NCBI GenBank assembly: GCA_964016885.1
Contig: OZ024763.1
Span: 9,486,001-9,550,000 of the forward strand
DNA from: Eledone cirrhosa
Taxonomy: Eukaryota
Length of the DNA: 64,000 nt
Direction: 5' to 3'
How positions within the stretch are numbered: position 1 is the first letter of the stretch; every line of letters starts with the position of its first letter. Shown one piece after another: positions 23,500 to 36,763 of this stretch. The notes beneath the pieces are model-generated. The model ran no database searches, was not told the DNA's origin, and was given only the letters and a program-made list of their open reading frames with translations. Both the position numbers and the translations under genes were made by a program.

Positions 23500-25313
23500 C
23501 ACCGTCAACTATTTTCTGTTCAGAGGCTTTATTGCCCAATTATTGCCCAGTGACTATTTTTCGTTGTTGAAAATCAAAACGTACCATCTCCACCACCTCT
23601 GACATCAAATTCTATAACAACTATGGAATTTACACCTGCAATGCTGTGACGTCACCTTAAGAATAAGTGCAACTATGTGTCGCCTGGTTTGATGGCGTTA
23701 CATGCCTGCTTCTCAAACATGGTGGGAATTTCCTTCTGCACCAGCTATCACTCTTCTTTCAATTCTGTCTTAACAATGGTGCTACTCCAGAACAGTGGAA
23801 AATTGCCAGTGTCATTCCTCTGTTCAAAAAGGGTGACCGCACGTCGCCTGTCAACTATCGTCCAGTCAGTCTTACTAGCTGTATTGCCAAACTGATGGAA
23901 TCCTGTGTCAGAGGAACTTCAGGAATTCTCACAGTCTTATCCGGCCCTCGCAATTTGGATTTATCCCTAACTCCAGCTGCTGTGATCAACTTATCGAGTT
24001 TCTTGAAGACATCACTCAGATCACTGATGGCGGCTCATGGGTGGATGTTGTTTACCTTGACTTTGCTAAAGCTTTCAATTCTGTGTCACACAGAAGACTT
24101 ATGGCAAAATTCTCTCCAATGGGTGTGAAAGATGATCTTTTTAACTGGTTGAAGTCCTTCATTCTCAGTCGAAAAGAGGAAGACCAAGGTTAACGTATGT
24201 TGATGCCCTAAGGACAGACACTGGTCTGTTGGAGATGCAGGACATGGCAGCGATAATGAGGGACAGAGACTGCTGGAGAGAACTCGTCCATGGATCTCGG
24301 GAATTTTACCTGCCTTAGATAGATAGATGCCAACTTAAAGAATGCCACAGTACTGAAATATGCAGATGACATCAAGCTGTACCTTGAGATAGAAAGGACA
24401 GATCCTGTATACTATAGATCTTTCCTACAATCAGACCTGGACACAATGCAACAATGGATCACAGACTGGCAAAATGCATGGTGGACAAGTGTACCACCAT
24501 GCATTTTGGGAGGAAAAACCCAGTGTCCACATACTCCCTTCACAACATTAATCTCAAGAAGTCTTCTTGTAAACATGACCTGGGCATTATTGTCAGCAGC
24601 AATTTGCATTGGACGAAGCATGTCTCTAAAATTGTCAAGAAGGCCGAGGGTATCTTAGCATCACTCAGCAAAACCTTTGTCAGCTGCTCTCCGGCTATCT
24701 ATTTAAAGCTGTATATAGCTATGGTGTGGACACACTTAGAATATGCATCACCAGTCTGGAGCCCCTATCTTGCTCAGAACATTGATCTCTTGGAAACTGT
24801 TCAGAGACGTGCAACCAAGCGAATACCCTCCATCAGGTATCTACCATACTCTGAACACCTTGCTTCCCTAGGCATGGATACATTGAAGCTCCGACGTCTG
24901 GAAACTGACTTGGTAAACACCCACAAAATTATTAACCATCTTGCCAACAACAACCCTGAGCACCTTTTTGATTTCCATGTGTCTAACACATGTGGGCATG
25001 CCTACAAAGTCAGAAAACAGCACAGCTCCCATGACATTCGGAAACATTTTTTCACACTCTGAGTTGCTGACAAACTACCTGCATCAGTTGTTAGCTGTCG
25101 AGACACTGCATCCTTTAAAACCTCCATGCTTCCTGAGATTCGCCAACACTACACCTGATACCCCACTCCATACACACGCACACATGTATATCATGACTCA
25201 AACACTGTTGACTTTCCTGACATTTGTACATTATTCTATGTACTATACATGCACCTTTGATGAGTTGTAGTGCACCTGAGCACTGTATACAATAATTTCA
25301 TTATTATTATTAT
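23500..25313 (+). mobile_element. CR1-type LINE ORF2 (RT) with (ATT)n tail, degenerate
   Basis: PEQWKIASVIPLFKKGDRTSPVNYRPVSLTS..VDVVYLDFAKAFNSVSH..KYADDIKLY..LEYASPVWSPY..LETVQRRATK..RKHFF; ends in attattattatt. Confidence 0.9.
24172..24328 (+). mobile_element. RTE 3' end nested in the CR1 element
   Basis: KRGRPRLTYVDALRTDTGLLEMQDMAAIMRDRDCWRELV followed by a (GATA)n tail. Confidence 0.65.
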
Positions 25314-25673
25314 ATGACACAGCACACTGAAGAAATATATTAGTTTTATGCTTGATATAGTAGGAAATGTCTTAACGTTTCAAATGCTAGTTGTTCATCA
25401 GAAAGTAGAAGGAGAAATTAAAGAAATAGAAAGATAGAGAGTGAGCAGGGGGAGAAACGAAAAAAATTTCTTTCAGAAAAAACAAGCTTATTCAGGTTGT
25501 CATCTCTTAGGAAACTTGAATTCAGCATTGGTATATGAAGTTCAGCTGGACATGTTTTGAAAGGCTGTGATCAAAGGCAATATCTTTTTCTCCTCTCTCT
25601 CTATAATTTAGACTTGTATAATTGATGCTCTGGACTAAGGTCCATTGAGAAACATGATCGTTACATAATTAAT

Positions 25674-26418
25674 ATGAAGGCCACAGAAAGAGTTATAGCA
25701 CAACTAATCAGAGAACAAATTGATCTAGGTGAAATGCGGTTTGGGTTTGTGTCAAGTAAAAGTACCACAGATGCTCTTTTCCTTGTACAACAACTACAGG
25801 AGAAGTACCTAGCTAAGAGTAAACCCCTCTACTTAGCTTTTGTAGACCTGGAGAAAGCCTTTGACAGAGTCCCCCGCTCCATTATCTGGTGGGCCCTTAG
25901 AAAACTAGGAGTAGATAAATGGCTTGTGAGAGCTATACAAGCCATGTATAAAGAAACAGTCGGCAAGGTTATAAATAACACCTAATTATAGTGAAGAATT
26001 TAGCGTAAAAGTCGGTGTTCATCAAGGCTCTGTCCTTAGCCCCCCTCTGTTTATTATTGCCCTTCAGGCTATAACAGAGCAGTTCAAGACCGGCTGCCCA
26101 TGGGAACTTCTATATGCAGATGATCTAACTCTCATAGCTGAATCTATGGCTGAACTAGAGAAGAAATTCCAAACATGGAAGCATGGCCTAGAATCAAAAG
26201 GTCTTAAAGTTAATTTGTCTAAGACTAAAGTTCTAGTTTGTAGAAAGGAAAATAGGGCACAGGTACTCTCTGGGAAATGGCCATGCTCAGTGGGTAGGAA
26301 AGGAGTAGGTAGAAATTCCATTCTATGCCCCAAATGCAAAGTATGGGTGCATAAAAGATGTAGTGGGATCACAGGTAAGCTACCTAAGAACGTAGATTTT
26401 ATATGTGGCCGATGCTCC
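25674..26418 (+). mobile_element. RTE-clade LINE RT + PHD-like fragment
   Basis: Near-identical to 17400-18140 (LAFVDLEKAFDRVPR, LLYADDL, CPKCKVWVHKRC). Confidence 0.9.
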
Positions 26419-26656
26419 AGTCCTATCATCTCATTTCTACAGCTGAGTAAACTGGAGCAGTGTGAAATAAAGTGTCTTGCTCAAGGAAACAACACATCAC
26501 CCAGTCTGAGAATTGAACTCACAACCTCTAACCACTAAGCCATATATATACATATATATATATAGTAATAATAATAAATTTGAAGACTAAAATCCAAAGA
26601 GGGCTCGATAAAGATAAATATATATAAAATATATGAGAACCATAGAGCAAAATTTT

Positions 26657-26707
26657 TACTTCTGATGATCCCGTTAAGGGTGAAAGCAGCGATTCTTTGC
26701 TTAAACT
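26657..26707 (+). ncRNA. Type I hammerhead ribozyme-like motif (family C)
   Basis: CTGATGA-T-CCC-GTTAA-GGG-T-GAAA-GCA-GCGATTCTT-TGC-T-T-AAACT, followed by AATAAA and (TA)n. The same motif with core CAGAAGA occurs at 46535-46585(+), 46122-46172(-) and 1666-1716(-). Confidence 0.62.
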
Positions 26708-26744
26708 TTAATCTGTTATTTTAATAAATATATATATATATATG

Positions 26745-28145
26745 TTTCTATTTATTGCCACGAGGGCGCAAAAGAAGGGGACAAATACAAAGTTTACAGA
26801 AAAGCACGAGTAAAAAAAGCAAATAACAAATATAAAATTAACAATAAAGTCCTCAATAGGGAGGAGGCATTTTGGGGGGGTCGCACCCCCCCCGAAAAAG
26901 AGTGCCACCCTTCTCCTCAGGAGCACAGAGAGAGGGTGCTCCCTTGTTCTTCCATCTTTTTCACCTACAGGCTGATATAGAGAGAAGGCCCATTCACACG
27001 GCTCATTCTCGCCACTTTCACCCACCTTTCATAAAACTGGCTGGGGTGGAGCACCTCTCTCTCCATCCTGATCCTTCTTCCGAAATGATATCGGAAGAAA
27101 AGGACCAGTTGTTGGCCAGAGAGAAAGGTGGGTGACCTCAGTCCTTTCAAATGCGTCCACCATACAACCTCTTTTACCATGGCTATTACGCACAGAAACA
27201 CCGCCTCTCCGTCATTTTTGAAGGGGGGAGGTGGCTTGATCGTTATAATGGACTCGGTGGTCAACCGGATAGGTCCCACCCATGACAGTAGTCGTTCGAC
27301 ATAGCCCCACAGATCGGCAACGCCCGGGCTGTGTACCAATGCATGCGCGACGGTTTCCTCGTCGCGCAGGCATCTGGGACAGATCTTTTTCGAGGGGTCC
27401 CTACCCGGGCGTCCGTGTCTGTAGAGCTTTTCTCGAATGGGCAGAGCCCCTCGATAACACTGCCAGGCCATGGACCTCTGGAAGTTGTCCATGGGTCCCG
27501 GGCTAAATGTCCTACCGAACAGGCTGGTCAGTTCGTCTTCCTCCATGCCTAGGGCTTCTCCGAGGGCGTCATCGCACCTGCTGCTTAACAGCCCTCTATA
27601 GAATGTCGAGGTGGAGTCTCCACTTATAGCCGGGTCCGCCTGCCAGAGAGCCGTGAGTGCCAGGCGCCCAGTTTTCGCGGTCTTTGCTTGACCCAGGATT
27701 GCAGCTCGGTGAGTGAGACGAGTCTCAGAAAGGTTCGTCTCACAAACGGGGCCTACACCAGTTGACCGGTGAGGAATACCTGGAGGTGCCGTAGCCTTAA
27801 TGCGTGTTTACGTATCAGCAGCCACCGCATCCTCAGCCCTCCTTTCGATGGGTGTTGACAGCAGATGGATCTCCTCACCAAATGGGCCCGCTTCTTCCAA
27901 AGGAATTGGAAGAGTGCACGCTCCATTTTGGTGAGCGTTTCCCTTGGGCAAGGCACGACGGCCAGGCGGTAGTAGATGGGTAGATAGACAGACAGATTGA
28001 TAGGTAGGAGCGGTGTTGGCTGCCTGCAGGTGTGAGCCGTGAGGAGGAGTGGCTGTTCCATAACGTCTCCCCCACTCTACTACAGGACAATATTTTCTCC
28101 ATTCTGTCAGCTGAGACAATGAGGCAGACTGACCCTCAAGTCTCA
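26745..28145 (-). mobile_element. Tx1/L1-clade LINE 3' portion
   Basis: KMERALFQFLWKKRAHLVRRSICCQHPSKGGL..AWQCYRGALPIREKLYRHG..CPRC..EETVAHALVHSP. Confidence 0.8.
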
Positions 28146-29024
28146 ATTATGGTGGTGGTGTGTGGATTTGGTTTACTTTCATAAGCGTACATACTTGAAC
28201 AAAGAAAAGTTATAAGGGCAGTAGATACAAGCATTTAAGAAAATCAAATTTAAATGGATGACTATGTATGTTTAAATGTGTTTAAGGTATTAGACCACCC
28301 CTGACCTGTTGGGTCGCTTTCATTTAAAAATATTTTTTTTAAATCGTGTTCACTTAAAGATAATTTTTAAATAATTAAAATATACACAGTCAAGTATATA
28401 ATGTAAAATGAAATTGGAAGTCCCATATATATGTGTTATAATTTCATGCAACAACACCACCAGCTCTCTCTCTCTCTTCTGTCTCCTTCTCTCTCTTTCT
28501 CTATATGTCTCTCTTTCAATCACTATCTCTTTCTCTCTCTATTTATGAAGGTACCCGGAAAAATCCCATATCTCAGAAACCCGTCCTCCAATTTATGCAA
28601 AACTTGTCTTATTCCATTTGCATTCCCATTTCAGGGGCAACTTCCTTTCAAAGTATTTTCCCGTTATGCGCCATTTTGGTTGTATTAAATTAGAGACAAG
28701 CACACAATCACAGATAGATATACAGTATGTATATAATGTATATGTGACTGTATATAGATATTGTGTAAAGTATCAAAGGCACACACACACACACACACAC
28801 ACGCGCGCACACACACGCGCACACACACACGCGCGCACACACACTCACACACACACACGTACACTGAGTGTATCAATGATAAATGAAACTTCTTACTATT
28901 GATTCTGGTTCATTATCTCCTGTTTCATTATCCACTGATGTTGTTTCGTTATCCATCTCGTTATCCCTCTCATTATCCATCTTGTATGAATTTAATATAT
29001 ATATATATTAGTATAGTGAATGCA

Positions 29025-29310
29025 CCTGGCTTAATGGTAAGGGTGTTCAGCTTCCAATTGTAAGGTCTTCAATTTGATGATTTTGAGTCCTGGTGATGTG
29101 ATTGTGTCGTTGATCAAGACAATTTATTTCCCGTTGCTCCAGTCCACTCAGATAGTAAAGGTAAGATGTACTTGTAATTCAAAGGGGCCAGCCTTATCAC
29201 AGACTGTGTCACAAGAATTATGTTAAGAGTACCTGTGTCTATAGAATGCTCAGCATGGAAATGTCACGAGTAGGCTGTTCTGTTGTTCAAACAACTGGAA
29301 TACTAGTCAT
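29025..29310 (+). mobile_element. tRNA-derived CORE-like SINE
   Basis: A box TGGCTTAATGG; CORE-like TGTGTCGTTGATCAAGACAATTTATTTCCCGTTGCTCCAGTCCACTCAG. Confidence 0.6.
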
Positions 29311-30724
29311 CCGAAATGCCAGAGGTACAACATATAAAGAAGTTATATAAACACACATACAGATAGATATATAAAAGATATAAATACATGCCCACACAGC
29401 ATGTTAGACACACACACATACATGCATATATATATAGTAGTTACACACCCATACACACAATACATATATATAGTAGTTATATACACACACATAGAGATAT
29501 ATATCAAAATATGTTATATAAGGTAACTTTTACATGTTGATACATGCTTCAGAGTGGTTTAACTGTTGCCAGACAATCTAAGGGCACTAAGCTCAATTCC
29601 TCAGCAACTAAGAACCACATTGGTAACCAACCCATTGAAGCATGAAATAAAAGACATAATGATGATGATGATAATGATGATGATATAGAGAGGGGTTGAC
29701 GAGAGAAAAGAGAGTGAGATTTTTCATGAAGTAACCATCTCTCTCTCTCTCTCCATACACACAAACACACACACACACACATATATAAAGAGAGAGAAAG
29801 AGAAATATATAGAGAGATAGGTAAATGGATGATAGATTGATAGACATATAGCTGAATAGATAGGTAGATAGATATACAGATATATATATTTATCATGAAG
29901 AAACAGAAACCAGGTTCCTTTACACCCAAAGTACTTCAAGATTAAAAGAATAACAACCATTTTGAAGTTTCAAGTAGTGAAAAAGTATCTAGCTTTGTTT
30001 TATGTTCCTGACAGTAGCAAGTATAGTGACCACTGAAATACTGTTCTGGTTCCTGGGTCAATCAAGTACTAGCAAATATCAGCAGGGGGTACCCTTCTCA
30101 AGTATCTATCTTGTGTTGGTCGAGTGTGTATTAAAAACTTTACAGAAGTTGAAATCTTGTGTTTCAAGTCGTAACTGAGCCTGCTGAGAGGAAGGAGGTG
30201 GGATCAATGCAAAGTTATGTGGTTCAAAATTTGATACATCTCTCATTCTTTATGTTCTGAGTTCAAATCTTGCCTTTCTCAGGCCCACACACAAGAAACA
30301 AGAAATTTTTTTTAAATGCTTGGTAACAGTATGTGCTTCCTCTTGCCTGTCTTTCTTTAGTTTTCACACCAAAAGAACTTCTCGTCTATCTTTTTCTATC
30401 TTCTGATGAAGGGGCTACTGCCCAAAACTTTAAAAACATTTTTTCCACTCTATCAAATGTTTAACCAATATACCATCATTCTATTGCATTGTTCTCTTGT
30501 ACTCTTTTTCAAGCCAAAACAATATTTCTTAACACCAAAAATACATCAAGAATAACATATATTTTGAAGTTTCAGGTGGTGAAAAAAATATTGAGTTTTG
30601 TTTCTTGTACTTGATAAGAACAAGTATAGTGCCCACTGCAATACTGTTCTGGGTTCCTGGGTCACCCAAGTAATATCAAATATTGACAAGGGGTAGAGTA
30701 TCCTGTGAAAGGCATATCATAATC

Positions 30725-31025
30725 TTTCTGTCTGTCTGTCTGTCTGTCTGTCTCGAGCTCGGAAGTTTTTCAGGGCAGTGCTTATCCTAGTTTTTGAGGT
30801 GTCAAACGACTGAGAGTACAAGACTACCCCCTGGACAGGACACTAGTCCATCATAGCGTTAAATTCGCAGTTATTGCTGGTATTCTTTTTCATCTGAGTA
30901 CACTGGAGCAATGTGAATTGAAGTGTTTTTTGCTCAAGAACACAACACTTAGCCCAGCCCAGGATTCGAACCCACAATATTATGATTGTAAGTCCAACAC
31001 CCTTACCACTTGGCCACATGCCTCC
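30725..31025 (-). mobile_element. tRNA-derived CORE-like SINE with (CAGA)n tail
   Basis: Minus: GGAGGCATGTGGCCAAGTGG (A box)..GGTTCGAATCC (B box)..TTCTTGAGCAA..TTGCTCCAGTGTACTCAG. Confidence 0.75.
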
Positions 31026-32149
31026 ATAGAGTGATAACTGGATATACTGGAATGGAGTGGGGTACTTGGTGTCAATGTAATATTATGTAGTTCAAATTTT
31101 GCAACATCTCTGGATTTTTGCAATTTGAGTTAAAATCTTTCCAAGGTGCTCAACTTCACCTTTCATCCTTTCAGAATGGGGTTGGGTTGGTAAAATACAG
31201 TTGATAAAATAGGAACTGGGGGCCCAATATAATCAACTACTCCACTCTTTGAAGCCAGTGGTTTTGGCATTTTTAGTTTGTTTCCCACTTTGACAGTTAT
31301 CAACTTTATTGCGAATTTCAATTTGTATTTAACATTTTGAACTTTACACAGTGTACTGGGTGCATTTTATCATGGCACCAACACTAAGGAGATTGCAATG
31401 CCCTTGTATGTCCTATACCTACTTCATAGTTCACTGGTTAGCTTTATAATTTCAGCAGGCCTTTCTTAACTGTTAATGCCCTATACCATATAAGACCACA
31501 TTAGCAAGACATTCTTCAAAAGTACAAAACAGCACTATAGCTGCAATACATTAAGTATTAAAGTCCTTACTCTAATACTGCAAATTTTCAATCTGTCCAG
31601 TAGTGATGATACTATAGACATTTGAATTAACAAACTTATAGTTAGATATTTTCTGCTAAATAATTTCAGGGTGTTGAGAGTTAATGAAGGATACAGGCTG
31701 AGGCTTGATCAACCTTGATTGGGTTTGAAATTTCAGGCAGAATTTTAGTAAATTAATGAACATTTTTCATTAACTAATTGAAATGGGGTGTATTTTGTTA
31801 GTCATGAAAGTTTTAAATATCAGCATAAAATATTTTCAACTTTTAGAAGGCACAAACTTTCCAGTTAAATAACATCAATAATTGAGACTCTAATAATAAT
31901 TGTTTCTACTTTAGGCACAAGGCCAGCAATTACCCAGTGCATTACTGGTAATAATAATAATAATTGTTTCTACTTTTGGCACAAGGCCAGCAATTACCCA
32001 GTAAATTACTGGTACTTTATTTTATCGACCCACGTAAGGATGAATAAAATAAAGTACCAGTAATTTACTGGGTAATTGCTGGCCTTGTGCCAAAAGTAGA
32101 AACAATTATTATTATTATTATTAATAATAATGCTTTCTTTATTAACCAC

Positions 32150-33070
32150 AAGCCTCCTTCTTGTCAATAAGGTGTTTCACCCACTTCGTTCTGAGGGCTT
32201 GCTCTTGCGCAGCCATTAGCATTCCTTCTGTAGCCTTTTTAAGGTCTCCTCTTTTTAACCAGTTCCATGTCTGTGGATCTCTAAATTCAGTTTTTATTAT
32301 TATTAATAATAATAAAAACTGAATTAAAAAAGCTACAGAAGGAATGCTAATGGCTGCGCAAGAGCAAGCCCTCAGAACGAAGTGGGTGAAACACCATATT
32401 GACAAGGAGGCTAGCTCACTGTGTAGGATCTGTGGAGAGAGAGAGAAGAGAGACTGTGGCTCACATTGTATCCGAGTGTAAACACCTAGCCCAGACTCAC
32501 TATAAAAGCTGGAGACATGATGTGATAGGCAGGGTGATCCACTGGCATCTATGCAAAGTAAACAATTTACCACATTCTGAGAAGTGGTATGAGCATAAGC
32601 CAGAGTCGGTGATAGAAAAGGATCAGGTGAAGGTGCTATGGGATTTTAGGATACAGATGGACAAGAAATTAGAACACAATAAGCCTGACCTGGTGTTTTT
32701 GGATAAGGAAAAAAGATGTGCCTGATTGTTGATGTAGCTCTGCCCATTTGACACGAGAGTGCAAGAAAAGGAGAGGGAGAAAATTAACCGATACCAGGAT
32801 TTAAAGTGGGAGTTAAAAAGGATTTGGAACTGCCATGAAATCAAGGTTGTCCTGATTGTCATACGTGCACTAGGTACTCAAAGAGTTTCCAAGGATGGTT
32901 AAAGAAGATTAGTCCAGCCCCATTTTTTGGAACACTTCAAAAGGCATGCTTGCTGGGAACAGCAAGAACCCTCCGATACGTCCTGAATATCTGAGGCTGC
33001 AGGTAGCGGCTTGATATTCATTTCAACAAACTTTCCAGTTAAATAACATCAATGACTGAGACTCAAAGAA
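32150..33070 (+). mobile_element. R4/Dong LINE 3' portion (CCHC + RLE) with an inverted 5' segment
   Basis: KATEGMLMAAQEQALRTKW..CRICG..ETVAHIVSECKHLAQTHYKSWRHD..KWYEHKPE..NKPDLV. 32150-32240 is the reverse complement of 32325-32412. Confidence 0.88.
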
Positions 33071-33561
33071 CAATAATAATAATAATAATAAAAATATATA
33101 TACACCATACATAAAATCGCACAACTAGGCTCTGCACATATATTAAGAAGAGTACTCTAAATATGATTTTAAAAAAAAACAACACTAAAAAAACAAAGCA
33201 CACAGAACTCTGCTCGGAAATGCATTGATAATACACAGTAAAAATAAGGCTAATATTAATAAAAATAATGATTTCTAATTTAGGCAGAGGACCAGTAATT
33301 TCTGGGGAAAGAAAAGTCAATTAACCCCAGCATTTTACTGGTACTTTATTTCATCAACCTCAGATGGATAAAAGGCAAAGTTTTCCTCGGCAGCTTTTGG
33401 ACTCAGTTACAACTTTCTACATTTTGGGTTAAAATCCTGCCAGGTTCAACGTTGCCTTTCATCCTTCCAGGATTGATAAAATAAAAAACAGTTAAGTACT
33501 GGGGTCGATATCATCAACTTTTCCTCTTCCTACAAATTGCTAATTTTGTGCCATTAGAAAG

Positions 33562-33599
<38 letters not shown>

Positions 33600-33600
<1 letters not shown>

Positions 33601-34520
33601 CTTTCTTTATGAACCACAAGGGTTGACATAAAGTATCACTTTAAGGACAGTACAGGACGGTACAATTGGGCATTTCTGCGTGTAAAGAAAAAAACAACAA
33701 AGGAAATAACAAAAAAAAGAAACAAAGGAAAATTCCTCAATAGGGGGAGTCTTCTGAGGGACACTCGTGGAGAAAGCCCATTAAAAAATCCACAGTGATC
33801 CTGACCACCAAGGCAAGTGCCCTCTCCCAGTTTTCCACCTCCAATCTACAGGCACATACTCAGAGTAGGCCTATTCAATCGGGCCATGCTTGCCTCTCTC
33901 ACTCATCTTTCAACAAATTGCTGGGAAGTGAGCACTTCCCTCTCCACCCTGATTTTCCTTTTCAAATGAAATTTAAAAAAGTTAATCAGGGTATTGCCAA
34001 AGAGGTAAGTGCACATCTTCTGCTCTTTCAGACGCATCCACCACACGACCTCTTTCACCATGCCACCAGGCAGATAAAAGCTGCCTGCCCTTCCCGGCTA
34101 AAGGAAGGTGACAGGGCAATCCTCGCAATGGACTCAACTGATAGCCGGATCCATCCTAGATGCGACAGCTGATGTTCGATATAAACCCACAAGTCAGCAA
34201 TGCTCGGACACCTGACGTGTGTGTGCAGGACAGTTTTGTTGCCCTGCGCGCATCGTGGGCAGGTCTGGCTGATTACACTTCCATGCCTGTAGAGTTTATC
34301 CCGAACTGGCAAAGGTCCCCGGTAGCACTACCAGGCCAGGGACTTCTGGAAGTTGTCTGTAGGCCTCAGCCCAAAAGTTCTCTCAAAGAGATTGGCTAGT
34401 TGATTTTCGTAAATGTCTTCCCAAGGACGTCATCACTCTTTCCCTCCACTAACCCTCTATAGAACGCCAAGGTGGAGTTTCCACTGATTGCATTGCCCAA
34501 CTAGTCGAGGGCTTGTGACA
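33600..34520 (-). mobile_element. Tx1/L1-clade LINE 3' fragment
   Basis: PVRDKLYRHGSVISQTCPRC..KTVLHTHVRCP; homologous to 548-1460; next to (AAT)n. Confidence 0.75.
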
Positions 34521-35177
34521 AGGGTGATGAATGAAGAAATATTACAAAGAGAAATTCCATAAAGTGTGGGAGTTAACACAGAAATTGGATGAGAAACAAT
34601 AAAAATAAATAAATGAATTATATATACAAGAACAATCAATGAAAAAACTATTTAACATTTAGCAACAAAATTATATTACAAAATATGTTTTGCTTTATGC
34701 AAAATTGCTACAATGCACATTTTAACTATAAAACAATTTAAAATAAATCAGTGATATAACTGCTTGAAATGGAAAAAGGTAGATAGAATCACCCAAAGAC
34801 AATAAACCTTGCATTTAGTTAGCATATGTAGAAAAGCCATGTTAAAACACATTTTTCCATTTTCGAGGGGTTATATTCCTGATTTATTTTCCAATGTTTT
34901 AGTTAAAATCATATGTTGAGGCAGCTTTACATAAAGCAAAACCTACATTGAAATTCCACTCCCACTACATGCTCATATAAGTTTTCAAAATTATATTAAT
35001 TAATTAATAATATATTTTCAGAGATCTATTGTGTATATTAGCAGTTAACTTTTCTGTGTATTATTATGTGAATGTATACATTATATGTAGTATATGTGTG
35101 TGTATATATATATATATGTATCATCATCATCATCGTTATGTATATATATATATAATGTATGATCATCATTATGTGTA

Positions 35178-35223
<46 letters not shown>

Positions 35224-35316
35224 TGTAGAAGTGATATTTAATTTGTTGGGATTCAACAAGCTTAAACATTTTTATAACTGATATAAAGCACTCAACAAGT
35301 TAGTGGAGTAAATATT

Positions 35317-35640
35317 CAATATATTAATAAATGGAAACTATATTTATAAAACCATAATTATTTTATTATATATTTCAAGGGCAACCAAGGCAAATTTTGG
35401 TGCGCTTTCATCAGATGAAATACAAATTTGTTTTATAAATATTGACATACCCGCATAAAGACAACCTTAACGGTGGAGGTTCGAACCTCCACCGTTAAGG
35501 TTGTCTTTATGCGGGTATGTCAATATTTATAAAACAAATTTGTATTTCATCTGATGAAAGCACACCAAAATTTGCCTTGAAATATATATAATAAAATAAT
35601 TATGGTTTTATAAATATAGTTTCCATTTATTAATATATTG
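35317..35640. repeat. Near-perfect palindrome of about 320 bp; each arm contains a hammerhead-like motif
   Basis: Centre at GGTTCGAACC (35482/35483). Right arm 35545-35596: TTTCAT-CTGATGA-AAGCA..TGCCTT-GAAA-TATATAT-A-ATAAAA. Confidence 0.9.
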
Positions 35641-35641
35641 T

Positions 35642-35704
<63 letters not shown>

Positions 35705-35707
35705 TAT

Positions 35708-35780
<73 letters not shown>

Positions 35781-36485
35781 CTCATACATATAATACATAA
35801 TACACACACACAAATATATATACATATATAAGATACCTGAGTTTCTGAGTTTCTCAATCCCTGCAGCCTCTAATATCTACTCTATGTATATATATATATA
35901 CACTCACATATTTATATATATGCAAAATACAAGTGCACTTACATATACTTGATGAAATCATTTTCTTACACCATAGCCATGATGTTTCAACAAAGCAAGC
36001 AATTACTAAGCCTTCTACATGATACTTTAGGAAGAAACAGTGTTTACAAGTCAACACAAGTGGTGTTGTTGGTACCGTTGTTGTTGGTGTTTATGTTAGT
36101 ATTGTTGTTGGTGGTGTAGTTGATGTTAGTGTTGTTGTAGTTGGTGATGTTGTTGTTACTGTTGTTTTTGGAGATGGTGTTATTGGTGTTGTTAATGTTG
36201 ATGTTGTTGTTGGTGTTATTGTTAATGTAGATGTCGGTGTTGTTCTTGTTAATGTTGGTATTGTTGGTGTTGCTGTTGTTGGTGATGTTTGACCAAGTAG
36301 ACCAAGGACCTTATTAAAGTACACTTTTTAAAGCAAAAGACGCAACTAGCAACCAACACAGTGTGTGCTGGTGAAGATTATAAATAAGAAATAAATACAT
36401 ATAAAGAATTATATAAAAAGAAACAAAGTTACTGTCCTATTAACTATTAACTCGTGGGCTGTTGTTTTAGTGGCCTGGTCAGACT

Positions 36486-36550
<65 letters not shown>

Positions 36551-36681
36551 ATGTGCAGGTTGTCTCACAGCTGACAGGTGTGAAAGTTTAGCCAGCCTCC
36601 CAAGTAGTTGTTGTATCTCATAGGAGGTCTCTTAGGCGTTTCAATGTATGATAGGGGCCACAGTCCTATATATACGCACAC

Positions 36682-36763
<82 letters not shown>

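Noticed and set aside
30143-30183. Possible next rootletin exon (QAQLRLETQDFNF after cttcctctcag)
   Set aside because: Very short, weak donor, and embedded in a locally duplicated repeat region; the similarity is not convincing.
30955-31025. tRNA gene
   Set aside because: A and B boxes are present, but the sequence continues into a CORE-like SINE body and a full cloverleaf is not supported.
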